64,000 nt of DNA from Nitrospinaceae bacterium (GTDB lineage: Bacteria > Nitrospinota > Nitrospinia > Nitrospinales > Nitrospinaceae), in assembly GCA_965237905.1 (NCBI GenBank), contig OZ250172.1:2560001-2624000 (forward strand), written 5' to 3'. The position numbers and the translations under genes are program-made. Positions 38,209 to 46,870 of the stretch are shown piece after piece. The notes beneath the pieces were generated by a model that was not told the DNA's origin, did no database searches, and saw only the letters and a program-made list of their open reading frames with translations. Position 1 is the first letter of the stretch; each line of letters starts with the position of its first letter.

Positions 38209-38574
38209 ATGAGCACATTGGAAAGCGTTGAAGCCATCATAGATAAAATTCCCTGCCCGATATGCCTGAACTCCCGCTTCGAGGCCAGCCTCAGTTGCGA
38301 CCTGCCGAAAGCCCCCTGCGACGTTCACGCGCTCTGTGGCCACTGCGGCTATCGTTTTGTCGTCACCAACGATACCCGGACGATGGAGGAGTTGTGGCCG
38401 AAGATTCAACAGGAGGTCAAAAAGAACAGGTGCCCGGAATGCGGCGACGACCAGTTCAGCCTGGAGTTTTTGTGCGACTTGAAATCGGAGGATTGCTATT
38501 TTCTGGTGCGTTGCTCGAACAAGGGCCATTACAGCCGGGTGAGCCGCGATTCCATCCAGTACCTGTTCGGCTGA
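38209..38574 (+). CDS. Cys-rich double zinc-ribbon-like protein
   Basis: Strong RBS aggaggt; two copies of CPxC...CDL....C....C. Confidence 0.8.
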   Translation: MSTLESVEAIIDKIPCPICLNSRFEASLSCDLPKAPCDVHALCGHCGYRFVVTNDTRTMEELWPKIQQEVKKNRCPECGDDQFSLEFLCDLKSEDCYFLVRCSNKGHYSRVSRDSIQYLFG

Positions 38575-38583
38575 GGCAGGCGG

Positions 38584-39114
38584 TTACTGGATCTGCGGAT
38601 TGATGGGAATGAGCTGGGCGTTCATCTCCTTTTCGGAGGTCAGGCGGTCGAGAGCCGCGTACAGCGGGTCCAGCCCCTTGGAGACGGTGCCCTCGATATG
38701 CAGGTAATAGGTTTTGTTTTGTGATCCCTTTTCCGGGTCGGTATTCGAATCGAGATGCAGGATGTTCAACCCCGCCTCCGCAAGCGCGGTGGTCACGTCT
38801 TCCACAATACCCAGCCGGTCATTGGCATACACGCTGATCCTTACGTCCGGTTCGACATAGTGTTCCATACCGCCGGACAGTTCATCGATATGCGGGGTGA
38901 GGGTTAGCGCCTGGCTGATCGGCTGGACGATTGCTTGTAACCGTTCGATAGGTCCGTCCCATTGCACCATGACCATGATGGAGAAGTTGGTTCCCAACCG
39001 CGCCATCGAGGAATCTCCCAGGTTGCATCCGGCCTTGCACAAGGCCGCACTGACCTGGGCAACCAGTCCCGGCCGGTCTTTCCCCACCAATGACAGCATG
39101 TACCAACGTTCCAT
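38584..39114 (-). CDS. GcvR-like tandem ACT-domain protein
   Basis: GKDRPGLVA.V, NL.DS and DR.GIV motifs; start moved to 39114. Confidence 0.85.
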   Translation of the reverse strand: MERWYMLSLVGKDRPGLVAQVSAALCKAGCNLGDSSMARLGTNFSIMVMVQWDGPIERLQAIVQPISQALTLTPHIDELSGGMEHYVEPDVRISVYANDRLGIVEDVTTALAEAGLNILHLDSNTDPEKGSQNKTYYLHIEGTVSKGLDPLYAALDRLTSEKEMNAQLIPINPQIQ

Positions 39115-39353
39115 AGTTCCCGTGCCTTTTATTTGTGGAATCAGATTTGCGGGCCACATTGTGGCAAAAAACAGCGGGCGTGTAAAGTGCGGCAAGAGGT
39201 ATGAAGTTTTAAAATGACCCGCGAAGGCACTCCGCATTCCCATTTTTTTCGCATGCGTACAGGTCATTGTTTTTCAATTCAATAGATGGTTCCCGGCTTC
39301 AGGATGCGGTTTATTTGATAGGCGGCATCAAGAATTGCCCTATACTTATTGGC

Positions 39354-39968
39354 ATGATTAGAGATTGGATTTATAAAATCAGTTCGTTAAGGCTTTGGAC
39401 ATGGATCGGCAATTTATGGCTGAGGGTGCACTACAGCTGGTCCAATATGAGGATCAGGATGTCCACATTCTGGTCTTTGACCGACCGGAGCCTGTGGTTT
39501 GTTTTCGGCGCATTGGGCCTGGTGTTCACCACGATGGGTCTGCTGATGTACAGCACCATCGATGGCAAGGAGGTCAATCGCGATCTCACCTGTCTGGCGC
39601 GCAATGTGTATTACGAAGCCCGCGGCGAGTCCGAGAAAGGGAAATTGGCAGTGGCCAAGGTGACCCTCAACCGTGTGAGCTCCAGCCGTTTTCCCAATAC
39701 CATTTGTGAGGCGGTGTATGAACAGCGGTGGGATAAACGCCGCCGTCGGTATGTCGGTGCTTTCTCCTGGACCGAGTTTGATACGGTTCCACAACTGAAA
39801 AGCAAGGAATGGAAGATCGCCTGGAAAGTGGCGGAAACCGTTTACGAAAATCCGGAATCGGTCCAATTAAAGGGAGCTTTGTTTTATCACGCCACGCGCA
39901 TCAAACCGAGATGGGCCAAACAAAAGAAACGCATCAGAAAAATCGGTCGTCACATCTTTTATCGGTAA
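39354..39968 (+). CDS. Cell wall hydrolase (SleB/Hydrolase_2)
   Basis: CLARNVYYEARGE, AVA.VTLNRV, FSW and GRHIFY motifs; start uncertain. Confidence 0.88.
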   Translation: MIRDWIYKISSLRLWTWIGNLWLRVHYSWSNMRIRMSTFWSLTDRSLWFVFGALGLVFTTMGLLMYSTIDGKEVNRDLTCLARNVYYEARGESEKGKLAVAKVTLNRVSSSRFPNTICEAVYEQRWDKRRRRYVGAFSWTEFDTVPQLKSKEWKIAWKVAETVYENPESVQLKGALFYHATRIKPRWAKQKKRIRKIGRHIFYR

Positions 39969-40174
39969 CGCTACCCCCGGGTCCTGCTCAGGACGCTTCT
40001 TGATTGCCAAATCACCCTGAAATTGTCGCAACCCCCTTATCAAGAGTAATTTTTTCTAATAAATCGACAAAAAATACTCCCATTGGGGGTTTTTGCAGGC
40101 CATTGAATTTGAAGGGCTTCAGGCCCAAGATTCGGTTCTGCGGGGAATCTTAAATGATGGATTTATATGGATAA

Positions 40175-40203
40175 TTGACAACCTGTCAGAATCTTCTTAC
40201 AAT
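40175..40203 (+). promoter_or_regulatory. Sigma70 promoter TTGACA-17-TACAAT
   Basis: Upstream of the small membrane protein pair. Confidence 0.65.
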
Positions 40204-40271
40204 TTAAGTAAGTGTAAAGGTTTAGATTTACATTGAATTATTTGAGCTTAACAGAATAGGAGACTCAGAAA

Positions 40272-40511
40272 ATGGATAAGTTTGATGATGTTGTCAAATG
40301 GATCAAAAAGGCGACCGAAGCGGGTGTTGCGTTAGTGGCCTTGGCCATCGTCCTTCAAGTTTTGTTTGGGAAGGCCGTTCCCTTCATTGGAGGTGACGTG
40401 ATTGGCAGTATCACCGGATTCGTTGCCGCCCTGGGTGCGCAAGGTCTGGTAGGTTTGGCCGCTGTCGGTGTGATTTATGCGATTTTCACGCGTCCGGCAC
40501 TGAGCAAGTAA
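40272..40511 (+). CDS. Small hydrophobic protein, paralogue A
   Basis: RBS aggag; 79 aa, hydrophobic. Confidence 0.85.
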   Translation: MDKFDDVVKWIKKATEAGVALVALAIVLQVLFGKAVPFIGGDVIGSITGFVAALGAQGLVGLAAVGVIYAIFTRPALSK

Positions 40512-40622
40512 GTTTTCTGGAAAATTTTTTGTAGTATTTAACAATAGTCCACTCGATCAACAATGAATATTGCTTTGGATGGACTATGCTTTTGTTGAAT
40601 TAAAAAATTTTAGGAGAAGAAA

Positions 40623-40856
40623 ATGTTAAACAATATGGATAAGGTGTTTAAGACAATTACTGACGTGGGAATTGCTTTGCTGGGTCTGGTTATTGTTGCT
40701 CAGATTCTGTTTGGTAGCTCTATTCCCTTTTTTAGCGGCAATGTGATTAATAGCATTGCTTCAGTTATTTCTACTCTTGGAGCGCAAGGTCTGGTCGGCC
40801 TGTTGGTCGTTTGGTTGATCTATGCGATTTTCACCCGACCTGTAGGGCAAAAATGA
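40623..40856 (+). CDS. Small hydrophobic protein, paralogue B
   Basis: RBS aggag; shares Q.LFG...PF, LGAQGLVGL and IYAIFTRP with A. Confidence 0.85.
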   Translation: MLNNMDKVFKTITDVGIALLGLVIVAQILFGSSIPFFSGNVINSIASVISTLGAQGLVGLLVVWLIYAIFTRPVGQK

Positions 40857-41097
40857 CCCGATTTTCGGGTTTGTTGCTCCATAATCATAGTTCCTCTTTT
40901 GGGAGGATCAGTTTGTGGAACCTGTTGGAAGGAAAACACTTATAAATGGAAGGCTTGTTGCAACTCCTATTTTTCTTAATACTGCTGATCCATACTCCTC
41001 CTGCTTCAAGCCTTCTCCTTCCAGCGCCTCACATCTTTTAGGTATTTTTCCCTGAAAAATATTCCTCATAAATTATCCGCGCAAATTGTCATGAGAA

Positions 41098-41691
41098 TTA
41101 ATGGCCAGAATTCTTGGATAGGTTCTTATCCACAATTAGATATTTACCCTCATCGTCCAACCGCAAATGATCCTTGTTTTTCAACCACCAGTCAAACCAC
41201 TCTTTCGAGGTCATCTCTAATCCAGTTACCTCTTTTAAACTAGGAAAATAGTATTCTAATCTTTTGTAAATTTCTTCTTTGGGTCCCGGAGGCTTGTCTT
41301 TAAGACGTCGATCAACTCCCCTAAGCGCTCGGATCACCATCTCTTTATAGACATCCTCTTTGGCCTTCAAATCTGCTATCTCACTGAGAGGAAAAGCGAA
41401 ATGAGGCATCCCCCGGATACCATGCACAGCAATTTGGAACTGCCCACACAAATACTCTTCAGATTGATAAACATTTCTCAATCTTCCCTCAACCTTGCGT
41501 ATCCAATACCACCGGGGCTCTACCGGTATATAAAACTGCCGGGGGTCCGGGCAAGGCTTTTTTATTTCTTTTCCCGTTTCAGCGGGATATTTTTCGTCTT
41601 GCTTGGTGCCTTCCTGAGAGCAGGCGGAAAAAAACAAAGCCGTGGAAAAAATAAAAAGACTGGGGATTAATGGAAAAAATAGACGTGGCAT
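41098..41691 (-). CDS. Hypothetical lipoprotein
   Basis: Lipobox-like FSAC after a hydrophobic stretch. Confidence 0.7.
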   Translation of the reverse strand: MPRLFFPLIPSLFIFSTALFFSACSQEGTKQDEKYPAETGKEIKKPCPDPRQFYIPVEPRWYWIRKVEGRLRNVYQSEEYLCGQFQIAVHGIRGMPHFAFPLSEIADLKAKEDVYKEMVIRALRGVDRRLKDKPPGPKEEIYKRLEYYFPSLKEVTGLEMTSKEWFDWWLKNKDHLRLDDEGKYLIVDKNLSKNSGH

Positions 41692-41849
41692 AACGTTAAT
41701 CCAAAAGTTTAATGGGTAGGTGCTTAAAATCAGGATAGGGGTTTAATACCGGATTTGCAATATGAGGAGAGTCAAAACGGACAAAAATTCAAAATGGATC
41801 GGGCTTTAGGAGGTGGTCTGAAATTTGGCGGAGCCAATGGGTAATCCGG

Positions 41850-43256
41850 TCAGGCTTTACCTTTCCAGCGCCGCACGTCTTTCAGGTATTTTTCCCGGTC
41901 CATGGTCAGGTCTGCGGGGAAGGTATCCATGAGGGGTTCCAGAGCCTGGTTGATTTTCTCGGACGGAAAATATTCCAGACTGCCGTTGGTGATGCGATAG
42001 ATATTATTAAAGGTCCGGTAGTTGCCGCACAGGGCAACATAATCCCAAGAGGTGGTCTTCTGAATCAACGCATAAAGTTCTGAAGAGGCAACCCCCTCGT
42101 ACAGGTTGATCTTGCCCAGGTCTCCCTTTTGAATGCGAAGCTCGGGCTGGCCGAAATCAATACTCCATACCTCTGACTCTCCCTGCCCGAACACTTCCAA
42201 CTGATACACCATCCGCCAGTGCTTCCAGCCTTGTAGAATCTCGCTTTTTAAGATTCGGTCCATGAACTGGTTTTCAATAAAATCCCGGATCACGTTCATT
42301 TCCTGTTCATGCTGTGCCGGATCGGTGGTTTGTGTTCTAATCGGTGACACCTCCAGAACCGGTTTGAAAGCCACCCGGTAGCTGTCATCCTCAACGGTTC
42401 GGACGAAATCCGAGCCTTGGGATTCCACACGGACTCCATTGGGTGTGATATGGGCGACATCCCCGGACAAAAAGGTACTGCTTTGGATCTCGGGACAGAA
42501 CTCTGAAAGATCGCTCAGAAACTGCTCCTGGGTAGTGGGAAAGGTGTAATGATTCATAAAGGCGAACTCGTCCCGGTAACGGAAGGCGGCCGAGCCGGGG
42601 ACCACAAACCGGGGCGACAGCGCCCGCATGGCGTTCAGGAACGAGCAATACTCGTCGAACGGCAGTATCACCGGTTTGTGATAAGTGAGGTTTCCTTCCA
42701 GCAAAGGCAGAAACCGCGAATGTGCCAAATCCACCCCGCCGTATAACTGGCTGATATGGTCGATAATTTCAGGGCTCACAATGGTGTCCACCTGGTTCCA
42801 GGCGGTCACCTGGCCATCGTGAACCAGCAGGCCGTGCTCCGGAAAATAATCCTGAGACGTGCTCGCCTGATTGAGCGAAGGGGTCGGGGTGATGATGACA
42901 TCCTTCACGGGGATCGGTTCGAAGTCGGCCAGGATCTCGATATTTTCAAATTCCAGTTCCTTGAGAACTTCCAGAACAATATCGTCGTTGGGAGCCATGA
43001 TGCGGACATCGGGTTTGAGGATGCGGTTGTTCCGCTTGAGATAGGCCAGGGTGCGCACATCAAAATGGTCCTGATGCCGATGCGACAGAAATAGAACGTC
43101 GACAGGAGGGATGGCGTCCTTGTTCAATTCGGTGCGGGGGCACAGCACATTGATCTCCTCCCACAAGTAATCGAACCAGACGGGGTCCGTCAGAATCGTC
43201 GTCTCCTTGGACTGTATGAGCAGGCTGGCATGCCCGACCAGGGTGGTTTTAAGCAT
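41850..43256 (-). CDS. MBL-fold metallohydrolase (UlaG-like) with C-terminal extension
   Basis: GHASLLI, LTDP and SHRHQDH motifs. Confidence 0.85.
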   Translation of the reverse strand: MLKTTLVGHASLLIQSKETTILTDPVWFDYLWEEINVLCPRTELNKDAIPPVDVLFLSHRHQDHFDVRTLAYLKRNNRILKPDVRIMAPNDDIVLEVLKELEFENIEILADFEPIPVKDVIITPTPSLNQASTSQDYFPEHGLLVHDGQVTAWNQVDTIVSPEIIDHISQLYGGVDLAHSRFLPLLEGNLTYHKPVILPFDEYCSFLNAMRALSPRFVVPGSAAFRYRDEFAFMNHYTFPTTQEQFLSDLSEFCPEIQSSTFLSGDVAHITPNGVRVESQGSDFVRTVEDDSYRVAFKPVLEVSPIRTQTTDPAQHEQEMNVIRDFIENQFMDRILKSEILQGWKHWRMVYQLEVFGQGESEVWSIDFGQPELRIQKGDLGKINLYEGVASSELYALIQKTTSWDYVALCGNYRTFNNIYRITNGSLEYFPSEKINQALEPLMDTFPADLTMDREKYLKDVRRWKGKA

Positions 43257-43340
43257 TCATTTTTGACAGTTAGGGTTCAGAAGCAGGTAAGACTACCCGA
43301 AAGGAGGGCTTAATTCAAGTCTTGGGTCGTTTTATGAAAG

Positions 43341-43412
43341 TAGCCCCAAGGGGAATCGAACCCCTGTTTCCGCCGTGAGAGGGCGGCGTCCTAACCGCTA
43401 GACGATGGGGCC
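43341..43412 (-). tRNA. tRNA-Glu (CTC), CCA not encoded
   Basis: GGCCCCATCGTCTAGCGGTTAGGAC...CTCTCAC...GGTTCGATTCCCCTTGGGGCTA cloverleaf. Confidence 0.95.
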
Positions 43413-43455
43413 ATAATCAATTTCAATGAAACGAAAGAAGGGCGTGCTCAATTTC

Positions 43456-43941
43456 TTAAAACCGGTCGCGATTCATAATGGGTGGTCCGCCGCCACCTTT
43501 CCGGTTCTTCTTCTTTTCTGTCCGGATGCGGTGCTCTTCCTCCAGGTCGCGCTTGTTGAGTCCGTGGACCTGGTAGACCATCAATAGGTAAGCGGGGACG
43601 GACATGGCGACCCAGGTAGCCATAAATTTACCAGCCGTGGAAGGCGGAGAGGAGTCGGCTCCCTGCTCTGCCCCCGTGAACATCATCGACATCGCCCAGA
43701 GCACCAGGCCAAAAACGATCCCCAACAAAGAGGAAACGGCCACCTTGTGCACCACCTCGTTGGGATACAAACCGCTGACGATGGGAAACTCGGTCACATA
43801 AGCCCCCAGCAGACCCAAAGTCGCCATGATGAACATGGCCCCCATCAGAAAATCGTTGGTGATGGCCACCGTTCCCACCAGGAGATACGTCGGTGCCCAT
43901 ATGCCGAGAATAAACGGATTGCGATAGATATTAACTGCCAT
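43456..43941 (-). CDS. Hypothetical 4-TM membrane protein
   Basis: 161 aa, four hydrophobic segments, basic tail. Confidence 0.75.
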   Translation of the reverse strand: MAVNIYRNPFILGIWAPTYLLVGTVAITNDFLMGAMFIMATLGLLGAYVTEFPIVSGLYPNEVVHKVAVSSLLGIVFGLVLWAMSMMFTGAEQGADSSPPSTAGKFMATWVAMSVPAYLLMVYQVHGLNKRDLEEEHRIRTEKKKNRKGGGGPPIMNRDRF

Positions 43942-43968
43942 AATTTAACGTTCCCCAAAGAAAAAAAA

Positions 43969-44042
43969 TGGCTCGGGTACAGGGAGTCGAACCCCAACCT
44001 TCAGATCCAGAAACTGACGTCCTACCATTAGACAATACCCGA
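43969..44042 (-). tRNA. tRNA-Gln (CTG), CCA encoded
   Basis: TCGGGTATTGTCTAATGGTAGGAC...TTCTGGA...GGTTCGACTCCCTGTACCCGAGCCA; U1-A72 pair. Confidence 0.93.
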
Positions 44043-44273
44043 ACGCTTTTCCCAATTCTATGGGGATTGCCGCCCGGATTCAACCTAAATTGACATTGGC
44101 CGGCGAGCATATTACAACACAGAGCCGGAGCCCTGTAAAGAACCGGGACCGGGCAAGGCCCGGAGCCAATGCGCTGAGGCGTGATTGCGATTTTTTTGTG
44201 CAGCTTTCGCCATCCGGGGTTCTTGTCATCTGTGGCGGTTCGCCGCCAGAAACCTGATTCGAATGGACCTGAT

Positions 44274-44849
44274 ATGCGCGTGATCGGCGGTACCGCGAAA
44301 AGCACTCCACTGGCAAGTCTCAAGGGGGCGAAGGTGAGGCCGACCCTCGACCGGGTGCGGGAATCGCTGTTCAATCAGATCGCCGGGGAGATCGCGGGCG
44401 CCTGTTTCCTGGACCTGTTCGCCGGGTCCGGGGCCATCGGCATCGAGGCCCTCAGCCGGGGCGCGGAGGAGGTGGTGTTTGTGGAACTCAATTCCAAAGC
44501 CCAGGCCATTATCTACCAGAATCTGGCCAAATGCCGGTTTCTGGATTCCGAAAGCGAGGAGAAAAAGTCGAAAAACTGGATTCTGCTCAAATCCAATGCT
44601 CTGCATGCCCTCAAGCTACTGGCGGAGCGTCACCATCAATTCGATCTGGTGTACGTCGATCCGCCCTACGCCGACGGCCTGTATGAGGAAACCCTGACGG
44701 CGCTGGCGCATTCCCACCTGCTTGCGGAATCGGCGCAGGTGATCGCCGAACACCATCACAAAACGGCTTTGCAGGAAAATTATGATAAACTGAGCCTTAC
44801 CAAAACCCGGCAAATCGGCGATACTTGTTTGTCGTTTTACGAACTTTAA
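44274..44849 (+). CDS. rsmD: 16S rRNA (guanine966-N2) methyltransferase
   Basis: MRVIGG, RPT.DRVRESLFN, DLFAGSG and DPPY motifs. Confidence 0.95.
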   Translation: MRVIGGTAKSTPLASLKGAKVRPTLDRVRESLFNQIAGEIAGACFLDLFAGSGAIGIEALSRGAEEVVFVELNSKAQAIIYQNLAKCRFLDSESEEKKSKNWILLKSNALHALKLLAERHHQFDLVYVDPPYADGLYEETLTALAHSHLLAESAQVIAEHHHKTALQENYDKLSLTKTRQIGDTCLSFYEL

Positions 44850-44850
44850 T

Positions 44851-44991
44851 GATGTCATCCTGAACTGGTTGAAGGGTGACAGGAAACCAAGATATATTAA
44901 CCACAGATGAACACCGATAGAACCTATATATCTATCCGGTTTTATCCTGTCAAAATTTTTTATGTCGTGCTTCGACAGGCTCGGCATGACA
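44851..44991. repeat. REP-like mosaic intergenic repeat
   Basis: gtcatcctga, ttaaccacagatgaacaccgat and cttcgacaggctc modules shared with the pilX spacers. Confidence 0.6.
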
Positions 44992-45000
44992 ATTAATATA

Positions 45001-46089
45001 ATGAACGTATCCATTCCAAAAGACAAAAAGATCGTCATTGCTATGAGCGGCGGGGTGGACAGCTCCGTCGCTGCGGCCCTGCTCAAGGAGCAGGGTTACG
45101 ACCTTATCGGCGTCTCGCTCCAGCTGTGGAATTACAGCTGGGATACGGACCAGCGTTTCGGCACCTGCTGTTCGCTCGACGATCTGGCCGATGCCCGCCG
45201 CGTGGCGGAGAAGGTCGGTATTCCGCATTACATCGTGAATCTCGAAAAGGAATTCCGCAAGGAAGTCGTCGACTATTTCGTCTCGGAATACATGCAGGCG
45301 CGTACGCCCATCCCCTGCACCGCCTGCAACAAGAAGCTCAAGTTCGACGAGCTGATGAACAAGGCGCAGATTTACGGCTACGATTACGTTGCCACTGGAC
45401 ACTACGCTTCCATCGTTCAGGATGAAGCAGGACGCTACACTGTGAAGCGCGGTCAGGACCGGAACAAGGATCAGAGTTACTTCCTGTTCAACCTGTCGCA
45501 GGAGCAGTTGGCGCAGAGTTTGTTCCCGCTGGGAGAAATGGATAAGCCGGAGGTACGGCGGCTGGCGGAATCGATCGGCCTCAACGTCGCCGGCAAGTCG
45601 GAGTCGCACGAAATCTGTTTTATCCCCGACAACGATTATGCCGGGTTCATCGCCGGGCAGGTGGATAAGGAAGCTTTTCAGCCGGGCAACATCGTCACCG
45701 CCGGTGGGGAGGTGCTGGGCACGCACAAGGGCTACCCCGCCTTCACCATCGGTCAGCGTAAAGGACTCAACCTCGGCGGATTATCGGAGCCGTATTATGT
45801 GACGGCGATCAGTTCGGTGAAAAACGAAATCACCGCCGGGCCCAAAAACGATCTGTTCCGGGAAGAGTTCACCGTTAGTGATGTGAGCTGGTACCTCGAC
45901 CACTGTGAACCGTTCGAAGCGGAAGTGCAGATTCGGTATCGTCACCGGGCGGTGGAATCGGTAGTGACGCCGCTTCCTAATGGACGCGCCCGCATTCAGA
46001 TGAGTATGCCTCAGCCCGCCGTAGCTCCCGGCCAGTCGGCGGTGTTCTACAAGGACGACTGTATCATAGGCGGGGGCTGGATCGAATGA
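45001..46089 (+). CDS. mnmA: tRNA 2-thiouridylase
   Basis: AMSGGVDSS, ATGHY, KDQSYFL, TIGQRKGL and PGQSAVFY motifs. Confidence 0.97.
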   Translation: MNVSIPKDKKIVIAMSGGVDSSVAAALLKEQGYDLIGVSLQLWNYSWDTDQRFGTCCSLDDLADARRVAEKVGIPHYIVNLEKEFRKEVVDYFVSEYMQARTPIPCTACNKKLKFDELMNKAQIYGYDYVATGHYASIVQDEAGRYTVKRGQDRNKDQSYFLFNLSQEQLAQSLFPLGEMDKPEVRRLAESIGLNVAGKSESHEICFIPDNDYAGFIAGQVDKEAFQPGNIVTAGGEVLGTHKGYPAFTIGQRKGLNLGGLSEPYYVTAISSVKNEITAGPKNDLFREEFTVSDVSWYLDHCEPFEAEVQIRYRHRAVESVVTPLPNGRARIQMSMPQPAVAPGQSAVFYKDDCIIGGGWIE

Positions 46090-46862
46090 GCGACACCCCG
46101 CTCGAGGTCGCGGTGGAGGCGGCCCGCGCGGCGGGGCGCATCCTGAAAGAACGGGCCGACCGCGTCGGCAAAATCCAATACAAAGGTGAAATAGACCCTG
46201 TTACCGAAATTGACCTGCTGTGCGAACAGGAAGTCATCGGTCGAATCCAGAAAGCGTTCCCAAGTCACGCGTTTCTTGCCGAGGAGTCCGGCGCGACGGA
46301 AGGCGACGCCGATCATCTGTGGGTCATCGATCCACTCGACGGCACGGTGAACTATGCGCATGGCTATCCTTGTTACTGTGTGTCGATCGGCTACCAGTGC
46401 AAGGGCGAAGTGCTGGCGGGCGTGGTCTACAACCCCTGTCTCGACGAATTGTTCGTCGCCGGGAAAGGGCAGGGCGCGACCCTCAACGGCAAACCGATTA
46501 CCGTTTCCACCACTACCGAATTGAAACAGAGCCTGCTGGCAACGGGGTTTCCCTACGATATCAACGAATCAGCCGACAACAACCTCGATCACTTCCGGAA
46601 TTTCATCACGGCGTGCCAGGCAATACGACGTCCGGGATCGGCGGCGATGGATTTGTGTTACACGGCGATGGGCCGGTTCGAGGGGTTCTGGGAATTGAAA
46701 CTGCATCCGTGGGATTACGCGGCGGGCTGGCTGATGGTCGAAGAAGCCGGCGGAAAAATGACGCGCTTCGACGGCTCCCCGTTTCAAATGGGCGACCGCT
46801 CCATCCTCGCCTCCAACGGCCATATCCACCAAGCCATGGTCGATGTGTTGATGAAACGCTAA
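46086..46862 (+). CDS. suhB: Inositol monophosphatase
   Basis: WVIDPLDGT.N, GSAA.DLC and WD.AAG motifs. Confidence 0.93.
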   Translation: MSDTPLEVAVEAARAAGRILKERADRVGKIQYKGEIDPVTEIDLLCEQEVIGRIQKAFPSHAFLAEESGATEGDADHLWVIDPLDGTVNYAHGYPCYCVSIGYQCKGEVLAGVVYNPCLDELFVAGKGQGATLNGKPITVSTTTELKQSLLATGFPYDINESADNNLDHFRNFITACQAIRRPGSAAMDLCYTAMGRFEGFWELKLHPWDYAAGWLMVEEAGGKMTRFDGSPFQMGDRSILASNGHIHQAMVDVLMKR

Positions 46863-46870
46863 AGCTTTAT

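Noticed and set aside
43341..44042. tRNAs as integration sites of a genomic island
   Set aside because: No duplicated tRNA 3' end and no integrase in the window.
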